Notes under the pieces: generated by a model
Databases searched by the model: none
Told to the model about the DNA's origin: nothing
Seen by the model: the letters and a program-made list of their open reading frames with translations, nothing else
Shown here: one piece after another, positions 28,867-39,461 of the stretch
Numbering within the stretch: position 1 is the stretch's first letter
Layout of the letters: the number at the start of each line of letters is the position of its first letter
Assembly (NCBI GenBank): GCA_963705295.1
Contig: OY970065.1
Coordinates: 160,001 to 224,000 of the forward strand
DNA length: 64,000 nucleotides
Origin: Parachlamydiales bacterium
GTDB taxonomy: Bacteria > Chlamydiota > Chlamydiia > Chlamydiales > Rhabdochlamydiaceae
Reading direction: 5' to 3'
Translations under genes and position numbers: made by a program

Positions 28867-29717
28867 AATGTGCGGATAAAGAAATAAACGACGGGGGACG
28901 TGAAGAGAACAGAATCGACCATATCCAAAACACCTCCAAGACCAGGAATGGTATTACTATCTTTAACGGCAGCATCCCGCTTCAGCAGCGATTCTGCCAA
29001 ATCTCCCACTTGGGCTAAAATCCCGATAATCATCCCAAGCCAGGCAGCATTTCCAAGAGAAAGATCAAAGCCAATCCATCTCCCTATATAACAAAATAGT
29101 AGACTCATCCCAATTGCAAAACAAAATCCTCCAATGGCTCCTTCGATGGTTTTTTTAGGGCTCAAGTTGGGCGCTAAAGGATGTTTCCCAAATAATTTTC
29201 CTAAAAAATATCCCCCAACATCGGTGATTTTTGTGACAGCGATCAAATAGAAAAGCCACCATCTTCCATCGGAGGTTAAATAAGGAGAATAGAGAATTGC
29301 CAAAATAAAACTAAAAGGGATGGCAAGGTAACAGACTCCAAAAAATTCAACGGCGACATCCAAAAGTGCATTTTCTGTCTTCCGAAAATGGGCGATGAAA
29401 AATGAGATAAATCCCAGAACAATGATGAGGAGGGCAAGTTGAGACCATTTCGGATAGGCGAGAGAAACATAAAAAGCGAGCACCTCTAAAACAGCGATCC
29501 CAATCATGAGAGAAGTTGCCGGCTTCATTCCCTTAGCTTGAGCGAGCTTGGCATATTCCCAAACACCCATACCCGTCAAAAAACCAATTGTGAGAACAAG
29601 TAGGATATTCACCCAGGGATGATAGGCAAATCCCACCAATAAAGCCACAATACTAATGGCAATAAAAGAGACCCAAAGACGGTTGCAAAATTCATTCTTT
29701 TTTTTGGATTTCAACAT
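28863..29717 (-). CDS. cdsA: Phosphatidate cytidylyltransferase
   Basis: SPKKTIEG, GDLAESLLKR...KDS..IPG.GGVLD. Confidence 0.96.
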   Translation of the reverse strand: MLKSKKKNEFCNRLWVSFIAISIVALLVGFAYHPWVNILLVLTIGFLTGMGVWEYAKLAQAKGMKPATSLMIGIAVLEVLAFYVSLAYPKWSQLALLIIVLGFISFFIAHFRKTENALLDVAVEFFGVCYLAIPFSFILAILYSPYLTSDGRWWLFYLIAVTKITDVGGYFLGKLFGKHPLAPNLSPKKTIEGAIGGFCFAIGMSLLFCYIGRWIGFDLSLGNAAWLGMIIGILAQVGDLAESLLKRDAAVKDSNTIPGLGGVLDMVDSVLFTSPVVYFFIRTL

Positions 29718-30451
29718 CCAACACGCCTCTCCCGTTTTTGAAATGCGGCGATAGCCCTTTGAAGCTCTTGTGCATTAAATTCTGGCCACAAAGTATCGGT
29801 GATATATACCTCAGTATAAGAAATCTCCCAAAGTAAAAAATTACTCAGCCTGTTTTCTCCACTCGTTCGGATCAAGAGTTCTGGATCTCCCCAAGGGGCT
29901 GTATCCAAATAACGAGAGATGAGCGCTTCCGTAATATCCTCCTTCTGAATCCTGCCGATCAAACAATCCTCAACAATCCCGATGGTAGCTCTTCGGATGT
30001 CATCGCGGGCTCCATAATTCATCGCCAGCACCAGATCGATCCGATCTCCCCCAGCCGTTTCTTTTTTCACCAAATCGAGTGTTTGCTTGACTGCCCCTGG
30101 CAATCGTCTCACATCGCCAATGGTTGAAAGCCGAACCCCTTCTTCAATCATCCGATCTTTCTGACCCACTAAATACATTTGAAACAGGTGCATCAGTGAA
30201 TCGACTTCCTCAGAAGCCCGGTGCCAGTTTTCTGTTGAAAAAGTATAAACAGTCAAAACTTTGATTCCCAAAGTAGACGCCACCTCAACAATTTTTGAAA
30301 GAGCCTCTGCCCCATGCCAATGACCGACAATCGGAGGAAGTCCCTTGTTTTTCGCCCACCGTCTATTTCCATCCATAATAATGGCAACATGTCTTGGTAT
30401 CCTAAGAGGATCCAATTTCAGTTGTTCTTGCTCGGCAGGCACTATTTCCAT
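29711..30451 (-). CDS. uppS: Undecaprenyl diphosphate synthase
   Basis: HVAIIMDGNRRWA, FSTENW, IRTSGE.RLSNF. Confidence 0.97.
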   Translation of the reverse strand: MEIVPAEQEQLKLDPLRIPRHVAIIMDGNRRWAKNKGLPPIVGHWHGAEALSKIVEVASTLGIKVLTVYTFSTENWHRASEEVDSLMHLFQMYLVGQKDRMIEEGVRLSTIGDVRRLPGAVKQTLDLVKKETAGGDRIDLVLAMNYGARDDIRRATIGIVEDCLIGRIQKEDITEALISRYLDTAPWGDPELLIRTSGENRLSNFLLWEISYTEVYITDTLWPEFNAQELQRAIAAFQKRERRVGC

Positions 30452-30578
30452 AACCAACCTAATATACATCGAGTCGGATTTCGAGGAGAGTAAAAATTAT
30501 TTTTTAAGATTTAAACTAAGCTGGACAGAATCTTAGAAATGAGAGTATCCTACAGGGTTTAAAATAGAAGGATTTTTC

Positions 30579-33500
30579 ATGGAACGGCCCAAACGTTGGC
30601 AGATCTTTTTGATCGCTGTAGTGATTTTCTTAACAGCCTATAACATTTTGCCCACTGTCTTTTTCTATTCTAAACCCTTAAAAGAGCCGATAGGCCAAAA
30701 AAGAGCAGAAAAAATTTCATCTGAAATCGCTGGCCGAGTGAATCAGCTAGAGCCCGAAGCGATCGCATGGCTTGAATCATTTTGTAAATCATTGAAAATC
30801 AAGCCTTTATCTATTCAGACAGAGAAATCCGATCCACAATTTGTACAGATCAAATTCAAAGACCTCGAAGAAGCCCAAATGTTCCGAAATTACCTTCCTC
30901 GGGCCGGAAGTCTCATTGGTTTTGTACCCGCACAACTCGACGTTTACGATAAAGATCCAACGAATAAAACAGTGGTTGTTCAACGCCGGATCCCGATTCA
31001 TTTAGATACCGGTCATTTGCAAAATTATTTTCAGTTTGGAGTCAAAAAAGATTCTCAAGGCCACCCAACCGACTTTTATAAAGGGATTATCGATGACCGT
31101 TTGATCTTTTTAGGAACAGCCATGGGTGGAACTTCTGAAACTGCTTCCTATATACAAACCGCACTTGGCAATTTGAAAGACGCCGAATCCCAAGACCTTC
31201 TTTTTCTCCTCGCCCAAAATCTCTTGAATTTCACCAAAACCATCGATGAGAATTCACCTCTTGCAAAAAGATATTTTGCATCTTTTTCTCAAATCGAAGT
31301 AGCCGATAAAAAACAATTTATTGACCAATGGCTCGGTGCGCTCGAAAAAACAAAAGACAAAGTCCGTTTAGATCGCATTGCTCTAACTCAAAAAGCAGAA
31401 CAGAACGATCCTGAGAAACAACAACGACTCGAAGCATTGAATCAACGTGAAAATCTATTAATCAATGCCATGGCGATCATTCACCGGCATATCGACAATT
31501 TTGCTGCAGGGAAAGCACCCTTGACATTTGCTTCGATGGGAGCAGCGCTCAAAGAAAAGGGGGCTGTTTCTTTGAATCAAAGTAATCCGTTCATCGAGTC
31601 GCTGACGATCGATTGGGCTAGTGATCGGATTGTTTTGAATCTGTTTCCAGATGTGCAACAGCTGCAAGATGATCAACTGATTTTTAATGAAATTGCTTCT
31701 ATTTCTCGTCAAACAGGAGAAAAAATCTCCCCTTTTCTCGACCGTTTCGAGATTACCATGTCCGACCTTCCAGGGAGCCAAACCTTCCTCGCCATGCGGC
31801 TTTATAACATTGGAAAAGCAGAGGCTGCAACTTTAAAAAATACCCTTGCGACCCAATGGTTTCCAAAACATCCCGATCTGGGACGATCTGTCTTTCCTAT
31901 CTGGGATTTTGAAACGTATCAATCTTTGCCTGCAGATCAGAAAAAATTAGGCCTTGTCATCTTTGCCCCAGCCGTCTTAGGTAAGATGCCTCCGAAAGGT
32001 TTTAAGATGAATTCGATCTACGTGGTAGCAAAGGGGGCTGACAAGATTTTAGACCGGTATGAAAATCAAGAGTCGGAAGCCGCTAAACAGTTCATTCAAG
32101 ATTTTAATGAACTACGGACGATTCTACAGAAAAATGGATTCACAGGCTATTCGGGCAGTGCTTATCCTGTTGCGCAAGAATTTAAATCCGATTTCATCTT
32201 TGAGCACGAAGATTATTACCAAAACATTTTAAAAGCGACACGCGAAGAGTTTTCTGTCCATGGGACGAAGCGATTTGCCCTCTTGGAATTCTCCAATGTA
32301 GAGCAGCGGATTTTGACAGAAAACAAAATCGGTGATCGGATACATGAAGACCTTCTCAAATGGCGCGACGACTATCGAGCCGCTCAGGTCAATCTCAAAG
32401 GAACGACAAAATTTGATGTCCCTGCACCCACTAAAAATGTTCTTTGGGACAACTTAAAATTGAGTTTTTCCAAATATTTCCGTGGAGATGACCGAAAGAT
32501 TATCCGTTGGGGACTCGATTTATCCGGAGGAAAAACCGTCCAAATCGAACTCCGGGATAGCAATAACCGTCAAGTGACAAACGAAGCCGATATTCGGCAA
32601 GGGATTAATGAACTCTATAGCCGTGTGAATAAGATGGGTGTCTCGGAAGTGAGTATCCGTCAAGAAGGCAATACCATCGCACTCGATTTTCCAGGCTCTC
32701 AATCGCTCTCGGCTTCTGAGCTCGTTAAAGCTTCTTCAATGTACTTTCACGTTGTGAATGAAAAATTCATGACAAATCCATCTTTAGCAGAAGCTACCCA
32801 CCGATTTTTGCAAGATATCTGGAATGAAGCGGTCGTGACGAATCGAAAAGATATTGAAGAAATCCATGCGATTGCTTGGCGCCATCTCTATGGTGAATCT
32901 GCAAATCCTGACAATGTTCAACCGCGTAGTGCCGCAGCTAAAACCCTTTATGAAAATGGACTACGTCTGGCAAATCCACAAGATCTTACCGCTAACTCTC
33001 TTCTCGATGAAACTTTTTCAAAAATTTCCCTTTATCGAGGAGATGATTTCACCGATTGGTATGGCCAAACCCATCCTCTCTTAATCGTCTTCCGGAATTA
33101 TGCACTCGAAGGAGCTAATCTCGATAACATCCGCGGCTCTTACGATCCATCCAAAGGCAACTTTTTAGCCTTTGGCATCCGAGGTTCGCAAACTTCGAAA
33201 GAGAAAATCCAATCAAATCCTCGGGACGATCTCCAAGCTTGGACCTCCAGATTTTCGAAGGAAAAAGTTGTCGGAACTCCTTTAGAATCGCTATCGAAAG
33301 GGCGCGGATGGCGCATGGCTGTCATCCTCAATGGTTCGGTCATCACAGCACCTACCCTCGACTCTGTTCTCCGTGACAGTGCCTCGATCACTGGAAGCTT
33401 TACACAACGAGAAATCAACCGATTAGAAGCCGATCTGAAGGCTGGATCCCTTAGCTTCACACCTCGCATTCTCTCGGAAAAAAATGTGAGCCCCGAGCTC

Positions 33501-35042
33501 GGTGGGCAAGAGAGATTCCATGGTATTGTTGCCACGATTTGTGCCTTGGTTTTAGCCATCCTCACCATGGTGGCCTACTACCGATTTGGGGGCGCCGTTG
33601 CTTCGTGCGCGGTTTTATTCAATCTACTCATCATGTGGGCAGCTCTTCAAAATTTGGGCGCCACATTGACCCTTGCTGGTATCGCCGGAATTATTTTAAC
33701 AGTGGCGATGGCCGTCGATGCCAATGTTCTCGTTTTCGAGAGGATCCGCGAGGAATTTGCATCATCGGGTCGAATTGCATCGGCTGTTCATGCGGGTTAT
33801 AGAAAAGCTTTGTCTGCGATTGTCGATTCTAATATCACCACACTCATTGCCGCCTTAATCTTGCTGCATTTTGACTCAGGACCTATCCGCGGTTTTGCTG
33901 TTACATTAATCATCGGTATTGTCTCTTCTCTTTTCACCGCCCTCTTTATGACACGGGTTTTCTTTACCTGGTGGTTCCAAAATCCAAAACATAAAGAGCT
34001 CAGAATGGCGAACTTCATCAAGAGCTCTCATTTCAATTTCTTGAAATTCACAAAACCGACCTTGCTGATTTCAGCCATCGTGATCTTGATAGGATCTTAT
34101 CTCCTGATTGTCCAACGGCAAACGATCATGGGAATGGATTTTACAGGAGGTTATGCTCTGACCGTTGAACTCCCTGTTTCGGCCAAAGATCAATATCGAT
34201 CCGAGGTTGAACATGCTTTGAATGCTCAAGGACTTTCGAATCAAGAATTTCAAATCCGTGAACTCCACCCTGCCAATCATGTACGGATCTTCCTCAGTCG
34301 GAGTTTAGAACAGAAAGGACAACCTTTCAGTCATCTCCCTCCTGTTACTGAATCGGCCGATTTGATGTACCCTTATGAGAGCAACCCAAAACTCGTTTGG
34401 GTCGTGGGCGCCCTCAAAGCTTTCAATATTCAACTATCACCCCCCGTATTGCAAGATCTCGATAAAAATTGGACAGCGATCAGCGGCCAAATGTCCGAAA
34501 CCATGCGGACACACGCAACGATCGGAATTGTGATCGCACTGCTCTGTATTTTGGGTTACATCACGATCCGATTCGAGTTTAAGTATGCGATCTCTGCAAC
34601 ACTCTGTTTAATCCACGATGTTATTTTCTGTATTGGAGTCATTGCTCTTTTACATTTCTTAGGAGTTCCCATTCAAATCGATCTCCATACCGTTGCAGCT
34701 CTCATGACCATTGTCGGATATTCTTTGAACGATACGATTATCGTTTTCGATAGAATCCGAGAAGATATGCGTCTGATGCGGAAAAGCAGTCTCACTGAAA
34801 TCATCAATCATGCTCTCAATGTGACCCTCAGCAGAACCTTAATGACATCGGGAATAACCTTACTTGTTCTGATACCTCTGATTGCACTGGGTGGAAGTAC
34901 CATCTTTGGATTTGCCCTTGTTATGGCCATCGGCGTTATCTTTGGAACCCTCTCTTCGCTCTTCATCGCAGCACCTTTAATGCAGTATTTTCACCAGCGT
35001 GAAGTGACAAGGCAGCAAAGAGTGGCGCTACATGAGCAGTAG
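30579..35042 (+). CDS. secDF: Fused protein translocase SecDF (large chlamydial form)
   Basis: GLDLSGG, MAVDANVLVFERIREE, GMDFTGG, GYSLNDTIIVFDRIRE. Confidence 0.95.
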   Translation: MERPKRWQIFLIAVVIFLTAYNILPTVFFYSKPLKEPIGQKRAEKISSEIAGRVNQLEPEAIAWLESFCKSLKIKPLSIQTEKSDPQFVQIKFKDLEEAQMFRNYLPRAGSLIGFVPAQLDVYDKDPTNKTVVVQRRIPIHLDTGHLQNYFQFGVKKDSQGHPTDFYKGIIDDRLIFLGTAMGGTSETASYIQTALGNLKDAESQDLLFLLAQNLLNFTKTIDENSPLAKRYFASFSQIEVADKKQFIDQWLGALEKTKDKVRLDRIALTQKAEQNDPEKQQRLEALNQRENLLINAMAIIHRHIDNFAAGKAPLTFASMGAALKEKGAVSLNQSNPFIESLTIDWASDRIVLNLFPDVQQLQDDQLIFNEIASISRQTGEKISPFLDRFEITMSDLPGSQTFLAMRLYNIGKAEAATLKNTLATQWFPKHPDLGRSVFPIWDFETYQSLPADQKKLGLVIFAPAVLGKMPPKGFKMNSIYVVAKGADKILDRYENQESEAAKQFIQDFNELRTILQKNGFTGYSGSAYPVAQEFKSDFIFEHEDYYQNILKATREEFSVHGTKRFALLEFSNVEQRILTENKIGDRIHEDLLKWRDDYRAAQVNLKGTTKFDVPAPTKNVLWDNLKLSFSKYFRGDDRKIIRWGLDLSGGKTVQIELRDSNNRQVTNEADIRQGINELYSRVNKMGVSEVSIRQEGNTIALDFPGSQSLSASELVKASSMYFHVVNEKFMTNPSLAEATHRFLQDIWNEAVVTNRKDIEEIHAIAWRHLYGESANPDNVQPRSAAAKTLYENGLRLANPQDLTANSLLDETFSKISLYRGDDFTDWYGQTHPLLIVFRNYALEGANLDNIRGSYDPSKGNFLAFGIRGSQTSKEKIQSNPRDDLQAWTSRFSKEKVVGTPLESLSKGRGWRMAVILNGSVITAPTLDSVLRDSASITGSFTQREINRLEADLKAGSLSFTPRILSEKNVSPELGGQERFHGIVATICALVLAILTMVAYYRFGGAVASCAVLFNLLIMWAALQNLGATLTLAGIAGIILTVAMAVDANVLVFERIREEFASSGRIASAVHAGYRKALSAIVDSNITTLIAALILLHFDSGPIRGFAVTLIIGIVSSLFTALFMTRVFFTWWFQNPKHKELRMANFIKSSHFNFLKFTKPTLLISAIVILIGSYLLIVQRQTIMGMDFTGGYALTVELPVSAKDQYRSEVEHALNAQGLSNQEFQIRELHPANHVRIFLSRSLEQKGQPFSHLPPVTESADLMYPYESNPKLVWVVGALKAFNIQLSPPVLQDLDKNWTAISGQMSETMRTHATIGIVIALLCILGYITIRFEFKYAISATLCLIHDVIFCIGVIALLHFLGVPIQIDLHTVAALMTIVGYSLNDTIIVFDRIREDMRLMRKSSLTEIINHALNVTLSRTLMTSGITLLVLIPLIALGGSTIFGFALVMAIGVIFGTLSSLFIAAPLMQYFHQREVTRQQRVALHEQ

Positions 35043-36771
35043 AAACAGACTCCATGAAAATCCTCTTTGGATTTTTCCCAAAGACGACCCTTCTTGGATC
35101 AAAAAAATAATTGATGAATTCAATATTCATCCCGTAACAGCTCAAATTCTCGCCTCGAGAAATTTTAAAAATCTCGAGGAAATTCACGATTATTTATATG
35201 CCAAACTTCCTGATCTTCACGATCCCGATCTTTTTCTCGATATGGACGTTGCAGTCAGCCGGGTTCTCAAAGCTTTAGCAAATAAAGAAAAAATCCTCGT
35301 TTACGGAGACAACGATGTCGATGGAATCACCGGAACCACACTTTTGACAGAATTTTTTGAATATCTCGGCCACCCCGTTTTGTCGTATATTTCCAACCGC
35401 ATAGCACTGAATCAGAGTTTGATGCTCGATGCCATTGATTATGCTTCCCATCATGGATGCACTCTTCTGATCACCGTCGATTGCGGAATCACGGCCGCTG
35501 TAGAAATTGAAGAAGCAGTTCGGCGCCACATCGACGTCATCGTCACCGATCATCACGAACCGACAGCAAGACTTCCTCACACAGTCGCGACCCTCAATCC
35601 TAAATTGCACAGCAGCACCTACCCGAATCGAGATATCACAGGAGTCGGTGTTGCCTTCAAACTCGCGCACGCTGTCACAAATCAGCTCATTGAGGATGGG
35701 AAACTCAGCCCCGCCAAAATTGATTTGAAACGGTATCTCGATCTCGTTGCGCTGGGAACCATTGCCGATATGGCAACTCTTCTCGGAGAAAATCGTATCC
35801 TGGTACGGTATGGCCTCAGGCAGCTGCGGAAAGGGAAGCGGATTGGTCTTGCAAAACTTTGCCTTCTTACCGAAGTCAAAATGAATGAAATTACCCCTTT
35901 GGATATCGCTTCAAAAGTTGCACCCCGTATCAACAGCTTAGGAAGGATTGCCGATCCGAATAAAGGAGTTAAAATTCTCCTATGCCGTGAACCCCACGCA
36001 GCAGAAGCCTTGGCCAAAGAACTCGAGCAACACAATCAAGAAAGACAAAAAATCGAAAGAAAAGATTCGGAAGATATCGACTCTTATATCGCTCACAACC
36101 CAGAGATCTTCAAAAATAAAGCCATCGTTCTCCATTCCCCTAAATGGCACCCTGGAATCATTCCTATCATTACAGCGCGGATTGCAAAACAATACAATCG
36201 TCCAACCCTCATCATTGCCATTGACGACGGCATCGGAAAAGGATCTCTTCGTACCATCACTGAGTTTCCCATTCTTCCAGCCCTAAAGGAGCAAGCCCAT
36301 CTCCTCCTCAATTTCGGCGGTCATGACTATGCGGCCGGACTCATGATCAAAGTCGAAAATATCGAAATCTTCAAAGAAAACTTCATCAAAACCGTCAACA
36401 CCCATCTCCAAGATCAAGACATCCGACCAAAACTCCAACTCGATGCCAAAATCTCTTTCGAGGATCTCACCTTTGATTTCATGGAATCGTTCAACCTCCT
36501 AGAGCCGTTCGGCACAGGAAATCACATCCCCATCCTCCATTGTGAAGTGAAACAGATTTGGCCCCCTAAAGTCGTCGGTAAACACCTCAAACTCTATCTC
36601 GAAAAAGGGCGCATGCTCGAAGGAATCGCCTTCGGCATGGCCGACCGCCGCTCCGAACTCTTAAAGAAAAATCTCTCCCTCAGCATCGCCTTCAGCCCCC
36701 ACATCAACAACTTCCTCAACAAATCGAGCATCCAGCTCCAAATCAAAGACTTTCAGATTATAAACGATTAG
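35032..36771 (+). CDS. recJ: ssDNA exonuclease RecJ
   Basis: YGDNDVDG, TVDCG, TDHH, GTIAD, GGHDYAAG. Confidence 0.97.
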   Translation: MSSRNRLHENPLWIFPKDDPSWIKKIIDEFNIHPVTAQILASRNFKNLEEIHDYLYAKLPDLHDPDLFLDMDVAVSRVLKALANKEKILVYGDNDVDGITGTTLLTEFFEYLGHPVLSYISNRIALNQSLMLDAIDYASHHGCTLLITVDCGITAAVEIEEAVRRHIDVIVTDHHEPTARLPHTVATLNPKLHSSTYPNRDITGVGVAFKLAHAVTNQLIEDGKLSPAKIDLKRYLDLVALGTIADMATLLGENRILVRYGLRQLRKGKRIGLAKLCLLTEVKMNEITPLDIASKVAPRINSLGRIADPNKGVKILLCREPHAAEALAKELEQHNQERQKIERKDSEDIDSYIAHNPEIFKNKAIVLHSPKWHPGIIPIITARIAKQYNRPTLIIAIDDGIGKGSLRTITEFPILPALKEQAHLLLNFGGHDYAAGLMIKVENIEIFKENFIKTVNTHLQDQDIRPKLQLDAKISFEDLTFDFMESFNLLEPFGTGNHIPILHCEVKQIWPPKVVGKHLKLYLEKGRMLEGIAFGMADRRSELLKKNLSLSIAFSPHINNFLNKSSIQLQIKDFQIIND

Positions 36772-36783
36772 ATTTCTATCTCC

Positions 36784-36828
36784 AAAAAAAAAGGGCAATG
36801 CCTTATTCCTAGTTTTAAGGCATTGCCC
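36784..36828 (-). terminator. Intrinsic terminator of euo
   Basis: 13-bp stem GGGCAATGCCTTA/TAAGGCATTGCCC followed by a T9 run on the minus strand. Confidence 0.8.
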
Positions 36829-36859
36829 CTCAAGCCGGGACTGGCTTAAAGTCTCAAGC

Positions 36860-37309
36860 TTAACCAGCTTGAGATTGAACGACTTTCTTCGTCAGGTAGT
36901 TTTCCTGATAAGACTTAATATCGTTGACGTGAATAACCCATGCAGCGCCTTTACGTGATGCCTTTAGCAAGCCAACACGAGTCGCGTAATAGATTTTCTG
37001 TGCAGGGACGCCCAACATCTGGGCAACTTGATTCACGGAATAGAAGCCTTTGTTATTGTCAAATAACAACTCCCCGTCGAAGATCGACTTCGTACGAGAA
37101 TATTTATGCTTGCGATATTCTTCTAAATCTTTAAGATCAATCGTCCAGCGAGTTGAATCTTTGAATGCCTTCAATTTCTTTTGCTTGATGGCAACATAGA
37201 TCGCTTGTCGCGTAACGTTGTTGATCCTAGCTGCTTCGGTGATGGAAACGACCCTTTTGCCGTTGGTTTCTTCAACCACAGGCATCTGGTTTTGAGAGCC
37301 GTTGAACAT
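36860..37309 (-). CDS. euo: Chlamydial developmental regulator EUO (tandem HTH)
   Basis: VSITEAA....VTRQAIYVAIKQKKLKA...KYSR; GGAGG SD; next to recJ. Confidence 0.93.
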   Translation of the reverse strand: MFNGSQNQMPVVEETNGKRVVSITEAARINNVTRQAIYVAIKQKKLKAFKDSTRWTIDLKDLEEYRKHKYSRTKSIFDGELLFDNNKGFYSVNQVAQMLGVPAQKIYYATRVGLLKASRKGAAWVIHVNDIKSYQENYLTKKVVQSQAG

Positions 37310-37541
37310 ATAAATCCTCCGTTTGGGGTGCTTGAATTTTAGCGAGCACCGTTTTGTTTTTCAACTTTCGTTTTCTTGTTTGCAGCTTTTATTTATTAAA
37401 AGTTATTATGTTCTTAGTAGATTATTAATTATGACATAAAAAGGAATTGAAATCAAGTGCCGTCCAAAAATTTTTATGAGGAAATTAATTTCATTAGCTA
37501 TAAACCATTCATTTGCTATAACCTACGGATAGAGTGTAACT

Positions 37542-39461
37542 ATGAAGAAAACCATCCTTTTTCTCTTGAGTGTCGTCCTTTTTCCTTTAATACTCCTAGG
37601 AAAACCTCCCGAATTGACTCCTAAAGATACGCGCGTAAAAGTGGAAGAAATTCTGAAGGCGCATGCTACTTATCACACTCTGAATCAAGAACTAATAAAA
37701 AGATCTTTTGAAAATTTCCTGCATGAGATCGATCCATCCTTTTCTTATCTCCTTGAATCCGAAGTACTTAAGTGGACATCCCCCTCGGAAGAACTCCTTA
37801 CTCGAACTCTCGAGGCTTATAAAAAGGACGACTTCTCTATTTTCGAAGAAATTCACCAAGGAATTGTTAAAGCCATTGAAAGGCGGAGAGAATTAGAGAA
37901 AAATCTTGTCAATATACCTCCTCCTTCCGACGTCGATTCGATCGAATTCAAAGATATGACTTGGGCCAAAACAGTCAAAGAACTCGAAAATCGGATCATC
38001 AGAATCAAAGGACTCCAGCTGAAAACAGCCGAAAAGGTGTTAGATAAAGAGACCAAGGAGACCTTCTTACTCCGCCTCGATAAACGGCGCATCACGAAAG
38101 AAGATGAGCTCATGGCCCCCTCCCATCGGAAACAGCTCGTCCTTTCAAACGCCCTTAAAGCCATCAGTAGCGCGCTCGACTCTCAGACCGCCTATTTTAC
38201 CCCTTCTGAAGCGAATCAGTTCATGATCCAAGTCCAGCAACGGCTTTTTGGAATCGGAGCTCAGCTCCGCGATGATTTGAATGGATTTTCAGTCATCCGC
38301 ATTTTAGAAAATAGTCCCTTGAGCCAAAATAACAAAGTCCAAATTGGGGATAAGATCGTCGCTGTCAATCACGAACCTGTGATTGGGCTTGATATTACCG
38401 AAGCCGTTGAGCTCATTCGGGGACCCCAAGGCACCCCTGTCACCCTCACATTTTTGCGAAAAAAAGAGATAGAAGAGAAATTTGATCTCGAAATCGTCCG
38501 CGGTGAAATCGTCCTCAAGGATAGCCGACTTGAAAAAAGCTATGAGCCGTTCGGCAATGGAGCGATTGGAATTGTCAAACTCTACTCGTTTTACCAAGAT
38601 CCGACCTACTCTTCTTCTTCGGACCTTCTCGAAGCCATCCAACAGCTCCAAAAAGAACATGCCCTCAAAGGCGTCATCTTAGACCTCCGCAACAATGCAG
38701 GAGGACTTCTTCCTCAAGCCGTCTCTGTAGCTGGTCTGTTCATGAAAAAAGGGGTTGTGGTTTCAGTGAAAGATAATACCGGCTTTGTTCAAAAACTCCG
38801 GAATGTTGAATCTAAGACTGGCTGGGATGGTCCTCTCATCATTTTGACCAATAAAACCAGCGCGTCTGCCGCCGAAATTGTCGCGCAGACACTCCAAGAA
38901 TATGGACGCGCTCTTATTGTTGGAGATGAACAAACCTTTGGAAAAGGGACCTTTCAAACCTTTACCTTAGAGACATCTCACTATGGAAAAGTGAATCCGA
39001 AAGGTGAATTCAAAGTCACGCGAGGTCGTTACTACACCGTCTCTGGAAAAAGCCCTCAACTGGTCGGTGTTTCAGCCGATATCGTTGTCCCGAGCTTATT
39101 CTCTGACATGGAAATCGGGGAAAAATACTCCAAATATCCTCTAGAGACCGATCAAATTACCGCCAGCTTTGAGGACGATCTCTCAGACATTCCCATGCTC
39201 CACAGACAGCAGGTGGTCAAATACTATAAATCCGACCTTCAACCCATCGTCACCACCTACAAACCGTACCTTGAAACCCTCAAGAAAAACTCGTCCGAGC
39301 GACTCAAACTCAATCTCAATTTTCAAAATTTTCTCCAAGCCATTTCAAAAAAAGAATTTTCCAGCCTTCCCTCGTTCGGTCAAAACGACCTCCAGCTCCA
39401 AGAAGGCTTGAATGTGATGAAAGATCTCCTCCTCTTGCAACAACTGCAAAAAGCGGCTTAG
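37542..39461 (+). CDS. tsp: Tail-specific protease (S41, PDZ)
   Basis: GIGAQL PDZ, DLRNNAGG, SASAAEI, TFGKG. Confidence 0.93.
   Translation: MKKTILFLLSVVLFPLILLGKPPELTPKDTRVKVEEILKAHATYHTLNQELIKRSFENFLHEIDPSFSYLLESEVLKWTSPSEELLTRTLEAYKKDDFSIFEEIHQGIVKAIERRRELEKNLVNIPPPSDVDSIEFKDMTWAKTVKELENRIIRIKGLQLKTAEKVLDKETKETFLLRLDKRRITKEDELMAPSHRKQLVLSNALKAISSALDSQTAYFTPSEANQFMIQVQQRLFGIGAQLRDDLNGFSVIRILENSPLSQNNKVQIGDKIVAVNHEPVIGLDITEAVELIRGPQGTPVTLTFLRKKEIEEKFDLEIVRGEIVLKDSRLEKSYEPFGNGAIGIVKLYSFYQDPTYSSSSDLLEAIQQLQKEHALKGVILDLRNNAGGLLPQAVSVAGLFMKKGVVVSVKDNTGFVQKLRNVESKTGWDGPLIILTNKTSASAAEIVAQTLQEYGRALIVGDEQTFGKGTFQTFTLETSHYGKVNPKGEFKVTRGRYYTVSGKSPQLVGVSADIVVPSLFSDMEIGEKYSKYPLETDQITASFEDDLSDIPMLHRQQVVKYYKSDLQPIVTTYKPYLETLKKNSSERLKLNLNFQNFLQAISKKEFSSLPSFGQNDLQLQEGLNVMKDLLLLQQLQKAA

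Noticed and set aside
30579..35042. 1487-aa SecDF as a novel fusion
   Set aside because: Large fused SecDF is standard in Chlamydiota
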